A DNA stretch of 64,000 bases, from assembly GCF_001194135.2 (NCBI RefSeq), contig NC_068999.1:50890713-50954712 (forward strand), read 5' to 3'. A program made the translations under genes and the position numbers. Numbering within the stretch: position 1 is the first letter of the stretch; each line of letters starts with the position of its first letter. Below, piece after piece: positions 1 to 15,519 of this stretch. The DNA is from Octopus bimaculoides (lineage: Eukaryota). The notes below the pieces were generated by a model. It had not been told where the DNA came from. It did not search any database and saw only the letters and a program-made list of their open reading frames with translations.

Positions 1-847
1 ATATATATATATATATATATATATAAATATTCATATATTTACGTATATAATACATGATATATATACATACACACGCACAAACAGACATATATAAGTATAT
101 ATATATAACATGTCCGCATATACATGCACACATACATACATATGTATAAACATATACCTGTGTGTGTGCGTGTACGCACCCATGATTTATATAAATATAA
201 TACTTTTATTGTAATTGAAATTCATCTAACCGCTGAATTATTCCTAGCGTATTTCTCTGCGGTACGTACCCTCCATAATGTTTTAATTCTTGTTAGTGTG
301 TGAAACATCGCAATATGGAACTCGTTTCTAAAATTGTATTATTGAATCACTTTTGTAAAATATGACCACTGGGGGGATTCGAAATCAACTATTTTCAACT
401 CTACGATCAATTTTCCGTCAGAGCTCTCTGCGAGATATTTTGCCTACAGTAGAATATCCTGCTTTCCGCAATAATAGAAGTTCAACAAGTTGATTTTATT
501 TTAATGTACCTGACAGACTGTTATGGCACTTTATTTTGTAATGTAACTCTTATTACATGATTGATTTCATTTAAATATCAATTTATTTAATGGTTGTCAG
601 TAAGAATATGTTAAGTGAAGCCATGTAACAGGAGACGGAGTTCATATGAAATTACTTGTCGCTTGGCGATAGTGTCCCGACCACTGGAACAATGAAATAC
701 GTGACAGAATTACACATAATCTAATGGAAATGGTACAGTTCCATTTTACCAATTTATATTTGATAGTTGTAAACCAGTAACGTAGTAGATATATAGATAA
801 ACACACATAAATGCTCTCTCTCTCTGTCTGTTTTTGTGTGTGTGTGC

Positions 848-947
<100 letters not shown>

Positions 948-3009
948 CTAGCTAGATAGATAGATAGTTATATGTATAAGTGCATGTATATATCTACATC
1001 TATATACATATGTATATATATGTTAGTATGCATGTATACACATACACAAATACACATACACACACACACACACACTCACACACACACATATGTATGCGTT
1101 TGTTCATCAAGTCGTTTCCGATATTGGAGAGCGACCATGCAGGTGTACATCTTTCAATTGTTCGAATCTCTCCTACTAATTTTTTAAAATTATTCTGTCG
1201 ATAAAATTTGCCGTTCTAATAAGTAACTGCGACGCAAACAAACCAACACCCTTTGTAAAATTGTTAGCGACAAAAAGTAACAAAATTACATATACGCATA
1301 TATGTGTGTAATTATAGCCATTAATTCAAATCACATTAATTCTACTGTTAATCATTCTATACTATAATATACCAAGAATTGAACTAATCATACCATTGTC
1401 TACATTTTTGTTTTGTTGCTTCTTTTACGCAAATAATTCTCACGTGCGTCTTCTAGCACATCTTATTGTATGCTTTCTCTTCAAAATAAATCATCACTCA
1501 GAGATGGTAAGTTTTCAAATTGTTAACCGAATTTTGGTCAAGTATAGAGTAAGTTGTACTGATACAGTAAAGTTGCTATAATTTAATGTATAATGTATCT
1601 ATTGATTTTTAGTCAACACCATATGCTATGACGAATGCAGACTTTATGTCTACACACACAATATCACTGTGGATAGGAAAAAAATAAGACATATCTGTAC
1701 ATGCTGCGTGTTTCGACTCTATTTGAAATTTAGTCAGCAACTGTGCACCTTCCTGGCATATTAAAACTTCTTATGAAGCCGCTGACATCAGTGACGTGTG
1801 TAAACATATAAATATAATGCTAGATTCTTTGCGATATATGTTGTTGGTTAAACATCTATAGTTATGTTCAACCATATGCTCTAGCAGCGAAACAAGATAC
1901 AACAGTTTAATATTCCAAGTGGTTGCAAAGAGAGTATTAAATATGCTAATTTTTTCATTCCATTTACTTTAGCCTCTAATACCAGTGGGTATAAGAGAAT
2001 TGTGTTCGTGGATAGATGAGAAACACACACAACTGCTGAGTAGAAACGTGCTGCACGTCAGTTGTCTTTTCTTTTTTTGTCCACAATCTCATTAAAGATA
2101 AACATAAGCATAAAGTTTATATTTGCTGTAACATACATATCTGACTATAAATCTACAGATATGTTCTATGCAACAATATAGTGACTAGGCAGAACAATGT
2201 TATAACACCAGTCACGAATGTTAGAAGTATATAATTCGTAGTTTCAGCTTTACTCGGGTTCTACGTTTATGTTGCCTGTCATATTTTGATGTGGAAAAGA
2301 GCATAGTTTTGAAAATAGATACGAATGACTGTTTTAACTAGCATGAAGAGTTAAATTTCAACTCCACACACGATGCAGGGCCCAGCAGAAACAGGACCTG
2401 CTAGCTTCTCAGGTCTGTCTATCAGTACATAAATATAACAGTGTAGCTGTTTCTTAAACAACAACCATTAACTATATCTAAGAAAGGAGATTTGAAACAC
2501 CCAATTGGTAATAAATATTCCTTATGTAATAATCGCATAAAAAGTATATGATGAATGTTAGCAAGTAATAAATGTCATATATAGAAAAATATTATTCAAT
2601 GTTCAGAGAATTATGATTTTGAAAATAGAGTCTCGGATGCATGTCAGATATTTTACGGTATTATCTAGCATCACCTTAAACATTGGGAATCACAATGGAT
2701 ACATTTATCTCGCTCCCTTCTGCAACACTACGATAGGAATGAAATAAAGAATTTGATTGCATTGTCAGCTGGGGTTACGTAACAATCTTGACTATCTGAA
2801 ATAAATTGAGGCGAAATATTTTACAAATGGCATTTAAAACCATTTGTCATTTTGCTCATGGCGTTTTATTCCGCTCAACGCAAGAAAAAATCACTTCACA
2901 CTTCCGATACCATACATTAAAAATCACAATCTTTAATAGGCACATAGATGTATCGAAAGGAAACTTTTAGAAAGCACACCCGCTATCGATAGACAAGCTT
3001 GCGGTTAGT

Positions 3010-3240
3010 AAAAAGGTAAAGTTACCGTCTCAAGTTATGCCGGCGCATAAGAGCCTGTTTCCTCGTTTCCATTGCGGATGAATTCCCCACCTGGATGGGA
3101 CAGCGGTCTGTCGCAGGATTACTCAATTTTGCCATCTGAGTGGACTGGAGCAACGGGAAATGAAATGTTTTGCTCAAGAACACCACGCATCACTCTGTCT
3201 AGGAATCGGAAAAGCAATGGAAAGCAACAACAACAAATAC
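3010..3240 (-). mobile_element. Degenerate CORE-type tRNA-SINE fragment
   Basis: Forward CTGGATGGGACAGCGGTCTGTCGCAGG...GAAATGTTTTGCTCAAGAACACCACGC; the reverse complement gives the GTGTTCTTGAGCAAAACATTTCA CORE-like box. A related box occurs at 57860-57890. Confidence 0.55.
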
Positions 3241-3572
3241 AAAACAATGCGGCGAGCTATGTAGCAACAGCCGTGAGGAAATGTTAAATCAAACAACCGT
3301 AACTACATTATAAGTAAAGCAATGAAATTAGTGAAAATTTCTGTACAGAATTTGTTTACTTGCATATATACATACACATGCATGCACAAGCTCTTCCTCT
3401 CTCTTCCTCTATCTCCCTCTCACCCACACTCGATCACGCACAGATATAAGTGTATGCTTGTATTTATGCTGCAAATGGTGCACCTTGGTGTTAGTTATCG
3501 GTGCTGCTTTACCAGGGTCAAATTTAACCGAGATACAGTTATATATATATATATATATGAATTCATTCCTTT

Positions 3573-3790
3573 ATTCTTTTACTTGTTTCAGTCATTTGAC
3601 TGTGGCCATGCTGAAGCACCGCCCTTAGTAGAACTAATCGCCCCCAAAACTTATTCTTTGTAAGCCTAGTACTTATTGTATCGTCTCCTTTGCCGAACCG
3701 CTACGTTACCAGGACATACACACACCAACATCGGTTGTCAAGCGATGGTAGGGGGACAAACACAGACACACACAAATCCACACACACAGG
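3573..3790 (-). mobile_element. SINE family B, 3' half
   Basis: TCTTTTACTTGTTTCAGTCATTTGACTGTGGCCATGCTG...TAAGCCTAGTACTTATT...CGGTTGTCAAGCGATGG; near-identical stretches at 4180-4308 and 34881-35070. Confidence 0.85.
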
Positions 3791-3804
3791 CACACACACA
3801 TACA

Positions 3805-3875
<71 letters not shown>
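3790..3875. repeat. (CA)n microsatellite
   Basis: Direct reading; contiguous with the SINE B fragment. Confidence 0.95.
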
Positions 3876-3878
<3 letters not shown>

Positions 3879-4179
3879 GATAGGCATATGTTTCTAAATG
3901 TGTGTTTCTGTGTCCGTTGATGTTGTCACGACAGTCATCATCCAAACTATAAATATTGGTTTTCACATAATCGAAACATTTTATAGTTATACCAATCATA
4001 CTTTGATACTTAAGGAGGAATATAAATTTTGATCATAAAACACAGCAGCAACGTAAGTAGTGATTTTTGATATTTACTGTACATCTATTAGCCTGTCAAG
4101 AAGTACTTCATAATATTATGGTAAATGCAATTAGATATGTACAAGCCATAAGTTTAGTTCATTTGTGAAATAAATAGTC

Positions 4180-4308
4180 TTTTCTTTTACTTGTTTCAGT
4201 CATTTGACAGGCGGCCATGCTGGAGCACCGCCTTTGGTCGAGCAAATCGACCCCAGGACTTATTCTTTGTAAGCCTAGTACTTATTCTATCGGTCTTTTT
4301 TGCCGAGC
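4180..4308 (-). mobile_element. SINE family B, 3' tail, 5'-truncated
   Basis: Matches 3573-3700 (CTTTTACTTGTTTCAGTCATTTGAC...GGCCATGCTGGAGCACCGCC...TAAGCCTAGTACTTATT). Confidence 0.85.
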
Positions 4309-4425
4309 CGGCGGAGGTGTGACGAAAGTTTTCAGACAATGGTTAATAAAATACAAATAATGATAAAACTGAATACATAGTTTGTAAATGTTTACACACA
4401 CACATACACACATTTATATATATAT

Positions 4426-4456
<31 letters not shown>

Positions 4457-4469
4457 TATNNNNNNNNNN

Positions 4470-4504
<35 letters not shown>

Positions 4505-7500
4505 ACACACACTCACACATACACGATACACTTCTTATACTATATTCTGTTATATTTTTTAAACTTTTATCGGTATGTTCAGTGATTTATTGCTAGGCAA
4601 ATATCTATTTTGTTTTATAAAGCACCAACTCACCGTAATATGCCGCCCATAGCTCTCCATCATATTACTGTCAGCAATATTATGACATATGTAGTTTTTT
4701 TTTTTATATCGCCATTCACATGTGTATGAAAAGCAAATATAACCATAGGCTAGATATTTCAGTTACTCGTATGACTTTTACATCGTAATGTATTTTTATT
4801 ATCTTGCTTTACACAAGATACCAGTTAAAGATCGTTGTTGAATAGTTATGCTCTGCGAGGCAGTTATCTAAGATCAAACCAGAATGTTATTGAACAATTA
4901 TTAGTTTAAATCTTATAATATGAAACATATGAACTTTATATAATTTCATTTAACTATCCCTCATAAAATTGAAATTTCACATGTATAATCGAACATAACC
5001 GTTAAATATGTGTAAGAGTAACAAAGTCCATTTCGATTTTGCTTGAATCAAATTCATTAGACAAACTTGCAGTAAAATGTTAGAGCCTTAAACTGTTGTT
5101 AAGCCTCACTTACAAGCCGATCATGCAAATCTTTGATCAAAGCCTTCTATTTTTTAAATATTTTACAAGAGTTCTGTATCTATTTCTTCTTTTCACAGCA
5201 ATTTTTATTGAAGCTCATAAGTTGGCATCATATAACGGCTATAATTTCAATTGATTAAACATTATTTTTAATTTAACGCATTAAGTTTCTTAACTAAGCA
5301 TCAGAGTTTAGAAAAATGATAAAGTTATGTTCCTGAAACAAATGGTCATCCTTTCGAATCATGTGAACGCTATTTTTTTTTTCGACATGCATTTCTTTAT
5401 GGCTTCTGATACAGCTCATATCGAAATACAAGAGATGAAGTGGGTGGAGAAACTTCGAAGGTATACTATACTATATCAATAAATGAAAAAGCGCGACAAA
5501 CTCTAGCTCACTGCCGCTGCCTGTAATCGATATGGTTCACCGTTTCTACGAATCGAAACCCCTAACTCCACATGAGGATTCATAAGATGAAAACATGTCG
5601 ATGGTCTTGATCAAAAGGCTTTGAACACGAGAGACACCCGAATCTGATTTGTCTGTATTGCTAAAAAAACAGTCTCAGTCTGCTGATCTTATTGGACCTA
5701 ATTTTCTTACTTATCGAGATAATCTCAATCAATTCGTTAGAATTCAACTCGCACGCTTATACAGACGAAAGCCTCCTGGGATGGTTTGCTTAATGTCTGT
5801 TCATATTATATATGTTACTAACATATCCCCCCTTTTACATCTTGTTTGTTCCGGATGTGCAGGCACAAACAACCACTTTACATTTCGAGTATTCTTTGAC
5901 TTCGACCTACTTAAAAACTTCAGCCACTATTGTTATTACTGAACAGTTCTTTAACAATATTATTTAGGTGACGTTTAATACATCGATAACGGGAAAAAAT
6001 ATAATCATAATTACATATATTTATACATGAAAGGTATATACATAAAAAGAACTATTGCTTCAGAAGTCGTTTGATACTCGAATACTTAGGTCTACTAAAA
6101 ATCGCATAAGGCAGCCTATATTGGCATCTTATTGCCACTTTCACCTTTTCACTCTATCTAACATCACACATCTTAGAAACAATATTCAATTCCTCCACGT
6201 TGTGTTTACTGTCATTGTTCGATTTTTATTCTCTGTTTCCATTAAGAATCTCATCTTTTGATTTGATATTTATGAGATTAACTTAGATTTCAAGTCAAGA
6301 ATTTATGAATATTTTATTGACCGCTAAGAATTATATACAAAAAGACATAGATTCTTTAAAAACAGGATGGTGGTGGTAGATGTGGTGGTGCTGGTGCTGG
6401 TGGAAGAAAAACTATAGACAAATAGAAAATAAAAATGCCTGAATAGGGCTTTTCTATTGTTGGTTTATTATAGCTGCCATAGTGTGAGAGACGAAAAAAA
6501 ATTCTTCACATATGTACATAAACTTGACTACTTTGCAACTTAAAAATGCTACAAATTCTGCGAGGTTAACTCTTTACATTTCATTTATTTCTACACGCAC
6601 ACACACACACATACATCCTCTTCTATGTACTGCATATATTGCATCTTAATTACCTTTGATATATACATATACACACGTACCTACATAATACATGCACACA
6701 CACAAACCGGATGCTAACAAATCAACAAGACTTTTAAGTTGAGAAAGTTCCCTCCGTTTGTAGATATGTGTTGGTTGAACTGTCGATGCGTACACCTCGG
6801 TGTGTGCATATATTAACATAAGAATCTGAGATGGAGAATTTCTGGAATGTTTTACAGGTCTTCATCGTGCCTCTAGTAGATTGGATTCGGAGATTCCGCG
6901 TCAGTTTCATCACACCTACATACATATATACATACATACAGACAGACAGACAATATAATGATTTGGGATGAAGAAGAGAAACTGTGTACAGTTGTAAAAA
7001 TCAGTGGCCCAGCAGATGTTCAGATATAACTGAAGATCAGTGACAAAGACAATACTTACGCCGAAGATTATTTCAAGCATAAACTACCTTCATTTCGAAC
7101 TCATGACTGTCTTTAACGAAACTCTCCGTGTTTCGCAGCATCGTTTTGCCATAAAGATTTGGTTTTTGTTCGTCGTTTAGTCTCGAAGTTAACATTTATT
7201 GCCACCGTCCCGCTGTTTCTCTTCATGTCACAAAATGTATTTATTTAAATCTAGATAACTTTCAACTATGTTTGATATAAAGAAACGGAAGTAACGTAGA
7301 TAGACACTTAGTTTACTAATGAAATGAGATATCTTTTAGCGGAAATATTTCATGGCCAACAAAATGTTATAGTTTAAGAGTGTTATGTCTTTCTTCGTCA
7401 AAATCTCTCGCTCTTTCATATATATATCTACATACATGCATAGTTACACACATACACATACAACATACAGATAGCGCGCGTGCACACACACACATATATA

Positions 7501-7584
7501 TATATCTCCACACATTTATATATATATGCCTAGATTTTCATTTATGTATATGCATGTCTATGTATATATATTTCTATGCATATA

Positions 7585-7628
<44 letters not shown>

Positions 7629-7884
7629 NNNNNNNNNNNNNNNNNNNNNNNNNNNNNNNNNNNNNNNNNNNNNNNNNNNNNNNNNNNNNNNNNNNNNNNN
7701 NNNNNNNNNNNNNNNNNNNNNNNNNNNNNNNNNNNNNNNNNNNNNNNNNNNNNNNNNNNNNNNNNNNNNNNNNNNNNNNNNNNNNNNNNNNNNNNNNNNN
7801 NNNNNNNNNNNNNNNNNNNNNNNNNNNNNNNNNNNNNNNNNNNNNNNNNNNNNNNNNNNNNNNNNNNNNNNNNNNNNNNNNNNN

Positions 7885-7925
<41 letters not shown>

Positions 7926-8039
7926 TGCATATGCATATGCACATGTATGCACAGATATATACATATAAATAAATATATGTATATTTATGTATGTATATAT
8001 GTATATATCTATACACATACGACACACACGCACATACAG

Positions 8040-8071
<32 letters not shown>

Positions 8072-8554
8072 CCTATACACACACACATATACACACTCTG
8101 ATACACACATACAGACGCGCACACGCATACACAAACACCTACACAAACACAAACACACACACACAAACACACGTATTCATACTTATCTCGCTTTGTCTTG
8201 AGCATTCCTATATTCACATATATTAACAGACTTTTCAAACAGTGCAGATATGTTTACCGGTAAACATATCTGACCTGTAAAAGGCTGTTTTTCCTGCGGT
8301 TTCCCATACCGCTCAGAAAACAAAACAGAACAATCTTGCTTTAAGAAAAATGTCTGTAATACGAAGGCTATTTCATAGCACCAATCTGAACTAATACATA
8401 GATTCCGAGTTGTACGCTCTTCCTTAATAGTTACTAAGCGGGACAAGAAGGGAATGAATGAAAGACATTGCTTCCTAATCAGAAATAGATATAAATTTTC
8501 TGAAAAATTACACATTCGAAAACACGTATGCATAACCTCACAAATATACACACA

Positions 8555-8557
<3 letters not shown>

Positions 8558-8620
<63 letters not shown>

Positions 8621-8645
8621 CCTATCTANNNNNNNNNNTATCTAT

Positions 8646-8708
<63 letters not shown>

Positions 8709-8718
8709 CCTATCTATC
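8558..8718. repeat. (CTAT)n tetranucleotide repeat with a 10-N gap
   Basis: Direct reading. Confidence 0.95.
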
Positions 8719-8967
8719 TATCTCTCTATGTGTGTGTTGAGTGTATGTTTCCTTGTGTGCATATAACAGTGTGGAGTACCGCGTGTGCGTGGATGTGTCT
8801 GAACATGCGCATATATTAATATTTAACGATGTTTACGTGATTCATTGAGAGAGGAGAAAAATAAGTTGGGAGAGCGAAAGTGTGCAGGTGTTTCTTGTGA
8901 AAAATATTGTCAGCAATTACCAGATTAATTTCTTAATGATAATTATCTTATATTATCTCCTACGTTC

Positions 8968-9107
8968 ATCTCTCTCTCTTTCTCCTCTCTCTCTTTCTCC
9001 TCTCTCTCTCTTTCTCCTCTCTCTCTTTCTCCTCTCTCTCTTTCTCCTCTCTCTCTTTCTCCTCTCTCTCTTTCTCCTCTCTCTCTTTCTCCTCTCTCTC
9101 TTTCTTT
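8968..9107. repeat. 15-bp polypyrimidine minisatellite (CTCTCTCTCTTTCTC)n, about 9 units
   Basis: Regular TTT interruption every 15 bp; translates as repeated LSLFL. Confidence 0.9.
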
Positions 9108-10976
9108 CAATCTCGAGAGATATAATATATTTCTTCAGAATTTGAAATCCGAGGCAAACTATGAAGTGTCACTAATTAATTTATTTATCTTTATTAAGCA
9201 ATAATTAAGGAATTAGCAAAATTAGTTTTGGCATTTGATTGTATAAGATAAAGCAAGTCTTAAACAAACTCGGTCTTATCTTACTATCGGATGTTGTTTC
9301 TTTTGGTTTTGCGGAACTGTTTCCGTAGTCGTTACTGAGGTGATGGTGACGAAAGCACAAGCTGAGAAAATGTGATTGCATAATTGTAGTTTGCTGTCTT
9401 AGATGAACATAATGGCAAAAATCGAAGAAGTTTCCGGTTTACTTATGTGGGAAAGAATTATCTAAGTAAACGTAAACGATAAAAGTGTAACTTGAAGTTT
9501 TCACAAAAGAAAAGATAAAATACAGAAAGTAATAAATACAAAAGCAAAAAACAAATTACAACTTTTACAATCACCAGACATGACAGGGAATGGCTTGACG
9601 TGCTAGAAAGATTAGCCAAATCGATTTCAAATTAAATCATACTATTGATAATGAATGATTGAATGCTAAATAATGAAGACAAGACGGTCACGACTAGAAT
9701 TCTCATCATAAAACAGCTTTTATGAGAGTCACCTGAGTCTAAACGACATCAAAAGCTTCTCAGTCATTAAGAAGGCTTCTTTCAAACTGGATATAATTAA
9801 ATCGATGGCTATTTATATAGTGCGTGGATAAAAGTAAAGTCTTCAAGACTACCGCTAATATAAAACGTTTAGGCTGCTCACAGATACAATCTTTAAGCAA
9901 AGATGACTACTTGTTTATAAATATTCAGAACTTTCATTGTAATTTTCACCTGAATGTATGTATGTGCGTACGTATGTATGTGCTTACGTATGTATGTACG
10001 TACGCAAACATATGTGTACATGTGGTTTCTGTGTGACTATGTGGCTAGTGTGTTGGTGTGGTGTGCACGTTTCAGTCTATGTGGGTCAATTTATATCTGC
10101 GTAAATCGTTGACAATGTTTTTTGTAGTCCAAAAGGTATTGTAACTACATAGAGGCACGTACACTAGGTGAATTGAATTACCCATGAATTAATAATTGTG
10201 AGAATTAGTTTTCTTCATATCATAGAGAGAAAAAATGTAGATAGGAGTTTTGAAGATCATCCAGACATTGCTGTTTTCCAGTCACTGAAACCAGCAAACG
10301 AACGAGCATTTATATACATACACGCCATTACATACGGAGCGTCACGCATAAAGACATATATTACACAATCATACATATATCTATAAATATAGACTTAGTA
10401 ATAAACAGCTGTGCAGAAGCTAATATTTAAAAGAGTCTTTCGTTTACAAGAACTAAAAGTTTTCAAACAATCATAAATTACAACCAACAGACAAAACGTC
10501 AGTCTTTAGCTCAAACAATCTTTAAATGCAGCGATACAAACAAGCACAGACATACACATACACACGCTACTTCATTTTATGCATGTATACATATATGTTT
10601 GAGTGTGTGTGTTCATGTGTGTGTGTTTGTGTGTGTGTATGCGTGTGTGTGTGTGCGCGCGTGTGTAAATATAAATGCAAACACACATACGCTTTCATTT
10701 ACATTTATGTTTAGATATGTATTATATATACGCGTAAACAATGCCTATTTACATATATATAAACGCATTTATATGTGTGTGCATGCGTGCATTTCTGTGT
10801 ATGTTTGTGTGTGTATGTGGGTGTTTGTGTGTGTGCGTGTGTGTGCGTGTTTGTGTGTGATGTGCTTTCATATATGCATAGGCGACTTACACATTACCAA
10901 AATATAATCGTTACAAGATCTAACTCACAAACACACACACACATATTCATATTTACATAGTTATACACGCTTTCTG

Positions 10977-11021
<45 letters not shown>

Positions 11022-11156
11022 GTATATATTTATATTTATAGATACATACATACATACCTATATATTTGTTTGTATGTATATATATATATGTATATATAAA
11101 TTTATATTTATAGATACATACTTACATATATATTTGTGTGTGTATATATATGTATG

Positions 11157-11215
<59 letters not shown>

Positions 11216-11769
11216 ATATATACGTGTGTGTACACGAATACACAGCATGCCATTTAGATTTACTACAGTACACAGGTTCACATATATAGATATATTCACA
11301 TACACACACACGCGCACTGTCTCTCTCAGACACACATTCTGCAACTATACGTAAACAGTACAACTTACATAAGCCATAAGCCAATAAATACACAATCGGA
11401 CACCACAAAGATATCACATCAAAAGACAGACAAGAATGAATATCATGAATAGGCTGCAGAGCATGAGCGAAGGAGCTGTCTTGACCCTCGTCCTCTAGGT
11501 TATCATAGTGTTGTCTGATTATTGTTCTCCATTTATTTTATGTTACTGCCAGTCCTCTTGAAGGCCTTCATTGTGCTCAACATATTCAAGGAAGCAGTAA
11601 CTTATCGAAAGAAAGACGACAGTGAGGAAGTTCTAAAAATTGATCTATTGATTACGATCTGGCTTTATATGGTCACACACCGACATAATATCACACACAC
11701 ATATATATATATATACATATGTATATACATACATTGATACAGACACATACAGGCACGCTCTTCTATGTG

Positions 11770-11818
<49 letters not shown>

Positions 11819-12034
11819 GCACATGCATGAATACATATGTATACATATATGTGTATCTATGCAAATACATATTCACACACACAAGCACAAGCAAAATCAT
11901 ATATATATTCCTGAATATATAATCTGGTACGACCACATATTCACATATGAATATATACACATGCGCAAACACGCAACTGTGTTGAAAAGTTTCTTATATG
12001 CATCCACACCTCAAACGCACCCATATACACACAA

Positions 12035-12074
<40 letters not shown>

Positions 12075-12084
12075 NNNNNNNNNN

Positions 12085-12126
<42 letters not shown>

Positions 12127-13544
12127 TTAGATAGATATAGACATATATTCGTGTGTGTGCACGCGTATCTTTGCATGCATGCTTGTGGTTTGACTGAATC
12201 ATTTGTGTCTATGTGTATGTGTGTGTGTGTTTGTGTGTGTAGACATGAAATAAATATTTAAACAGATATACACGTATATGTCTGTATAACTGTTTACATA
12301 TCTGCAGACATATACGTTTATAATCACAAACCGTGAATACTTTTACACATAATGTGGTATGTAATATTTGATCAATTCCTTCAGAATATAGTAGGCTCCA
12401 ACTATTCGAAATACTATATATAGTATTATGCTCACTTTAAAATAGATTTGTCTTTATAAACGGATGTTATTTTTAGGTAACAGCAGCATCACTTTGATTT
12501 ATTAGACTTCTAGCCTCGCTGTTTAGCCATGCAAGAATTAATGCATCGTGACCCAGACTTATTTGTGATGCTTTATAGATAGTATTCTGACTTCGTGGCT
12601 CTATTCTAGAGAGCCGCCAGGGTTGCCATAATATTTGTAGCTTCGTTTGATCCCTTATTTCATTACATATTTGATTACAACCTCACGTTGTGGAGTTAAC
12701 TTCCAGTTAGAAAGGAAAACTGCAATATGTTTGTGATTTACAGTAGACCCATTCCTCTGTTTATCTCATTAGTTATAAATGAAAAATACCTTATTTCCAT
12801 AATTTCGCTCATCTTTTTTTTTTTTTTTTACTTATCGTCTTCTTCAAATCCGAGAATTGTTGCAGTTGAGAAAATTCTTTTATATAATAAATAAAGCTGT
12901 ACTATTGATGTGGTAGAATTCTTTCGGATGAATTCGTTCACTGTGAAAAGCACTAACATCGGTAAATCATACAGTTTACTATGTAGTACACAAAGCCTTC
13001 AGCGGTAATTATCATGTTCTACCTACATCAATACAACTTGCAGAAACATAATGGAAATATTTTGTAAAGATTATTTTTCTTTTATTTTTTTTCTTTCGTA
13101 TAAGGCTTCTACATATTTTAATGGAAATTCGTCAGCAAGAAAATAGTATTAATAGATAAAAAGAGATACAAAATAGTACTTTTGACACTCCAAGGGTTTC
13201 CTGCATGTAGTATGTTAATCTTCTGAATTGAAAAGATGGAAGTCTGTGGAAACGCTCATGTATGCTTAAAAAAAAAAAAAGAGATGAAGCAACGCGGTAG
13301 AAACAAGTGGCTGCAGCAAGGTAACAATGGCCATGCTACAGATTTAGCATAATATAAACATATGTGTACTGTGATGCTGCTCTCTAAATTTCCAATTAAA
13401 ATAGTAATTCAATATAGTTTTTTTTTTTTGTGAAATGGGGATCTCAAATTTATTAGGAGAATGCAATATGATGTTTTTAGGCAACAAAGTCACATTGAAT
13501 ATGAAGTTTATTATATTTTAGGTTAATTTGTTTTATTTAGAGGG

Positions 13545-13700
13545 TATTTTGCCTGTCACTACGTTCTGAGTTCGACTTTGCCTTTCATCCTTCAGGGTCG
13601 ATAAAATTAGTACCAATTATACACTGGGGTCGATGTAATCGACTTAATCCCGTCCCCCCAAATTTGAGGCCTTATGCTACCAGTAGAAAGGATCATGTAC
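13545..13700 (+). mobile_element. SINE family A, 5'-truncated
   Basis: GACTTTGCCTTTCATCCTTCAGGGTCGATAAAATTAGTACCA...CTGGGGTCGATGTAATCGACTT body shared with the 17860-18066 and 52857-53070 copies. Confidence 0.8.
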
Positions 13701-15519
13701 CCACGCTATCCTCTAAGAAAAATTAATATATCCATCGTAAACAGATCATCAATGACGAACAAGTCAAAATATTTCACCCCAAACTATCTATATACCAAAA
13801 TAGCAATCTTTATTCACAAATCATTCACTGATATTCGAGGCTTCTGTTTATAATGACGGATTCATAGAATTTTTTGAAAGACAATATTTATATGAAGTGT
13901 TGTGTTCTATAAGCATGCAAAATACTTCATTACTTGTAACATTTGACTATTTCTAACATCAGAAAATATCTAGCAATCATTTCTTACATAAATACAAAAC
14001 TAATACAGAGTAGCCATTAATATATTTGAACTATTTTCTGCTTAACCGAAGAGAAATAATAATTTTTTTAAGTATTTGTGGTTGTTTTTGTCTGGCCCTA
14101 AGTATGTTCCGATCAATATCTGAGACCAAGCACCATCCAGCTTTCATCATCCGGTATTTCGTGCGCTACAGTTCACATAGGCACAAATTATTACACCTGT
14201 CCTTCTCAACTAAGCTAGTAAAATGTGATATTCGGAGGATTTTATGGTTTCATGGTTACTTCTCGTAAATTAAATGACCATGTAGAGCCTCAATTTATGG
14301 TTACTTGTTGCAGGTATTTTTGAATAATATAGTTATTTTACTTCGTTTGGAATAGCTAGCAACTTATTTATTGCTGATAGAGCATTGTATCCAAAGACGA
14401 AAATGCTTATATCTAGATAGCTTCATGCTATGAAGACTGATATATCCTCTTTCAAGTCTGATATAATATTTACTGCATTTATATCTGAAATCAACGACTT
14501 GTACTGACATGCGATCTCTATTTTTCGACCAAAATAATATCAGTGTTTTATCGAATGACTTACCAACTCCAATTACTGCATCACCTCAGGTTGTCTTTCT
14601 TTTAAATCAGTGAGCCTAAAATTGCAAATTATTCGTTTTACTACTCTTAAAAAACAAAATTATAACTTAATTTCTGAGGTGTCATTTATGCTTCTTCAAA
14701 TGATTTTAAAAGTGTACTTGTAATGAAATAGTTTGAGCACGCTACGAAATTTATAGCTCGTCCTACTCCGCTTCTATTCGCTAATGCTACTTAACTGTCA
14801 CCTTTATGGGTATAAAATTTGCAGATGAAATGATTTCATATAAATTAGGTTTCCATTGAAGCCTGACCGTCAAACCGACTTTATAACAACTAATACCATA
14901 TTATCACCTTGTAACTGTAACCTCTGTAATTTAGCTATGTGACGAGAAACGTATTATTTTTGTTATTTTCAAACAAATCTTAAACTGGTTTCATTTATTG
15001 TACCGAGGCCATGGTTTGGCAGCAATTTAAATAGGTTTTAGTCAATTATATTGAATGTAATAATATGTGGTACTTTTTCATCGTTCTTGTGAGACATGAA
15101 ATGCAAAATCAATATTCGTATAAAGAGAGTTTATTCAGATGCTGTTCAATAGCCCAGAGAATCTCTCCTGGAAGGTACGACTTATTATGTTGTCAGATAA
15201 ATTCGTTCATTTCTTTCCAATGTTATATGAATTAACACGAAAATTATTTTTAGCGTAGGGTTTTATTTTTATTTTTATCTTTTTGTTTTTGTAGCTATAA
15301 TCTTCTTCAACGGACGTTTGATTATTGTTTTTTCAAATTCCAATAATTTTTTCTTCATTTCATACATATGATGATGGATAATTGTACATGGGAAGTAAAA
15401 GCAAATCTGTGCAAAAGCAACCAATGCCAATATTCAATATATTATATATAATTTTTAGGACTGGACATGTCTTCCATAGACGTAGCCTTGTAGCTATATT
15501 AGGACAATATCACCATCAG

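Noticed and set aside
1457-1506. Plus-strand exon candidate (good polypyrimidine tract, ATG|GTAAGT)
   Set aside because: No recognisable product, and such pairs are expected by chance in 64 kb
15139-15174. 36-nt exon candidate MLFNSPENLSWK
   Set aside because: Lies in what appears to be a decayed SINE A relic
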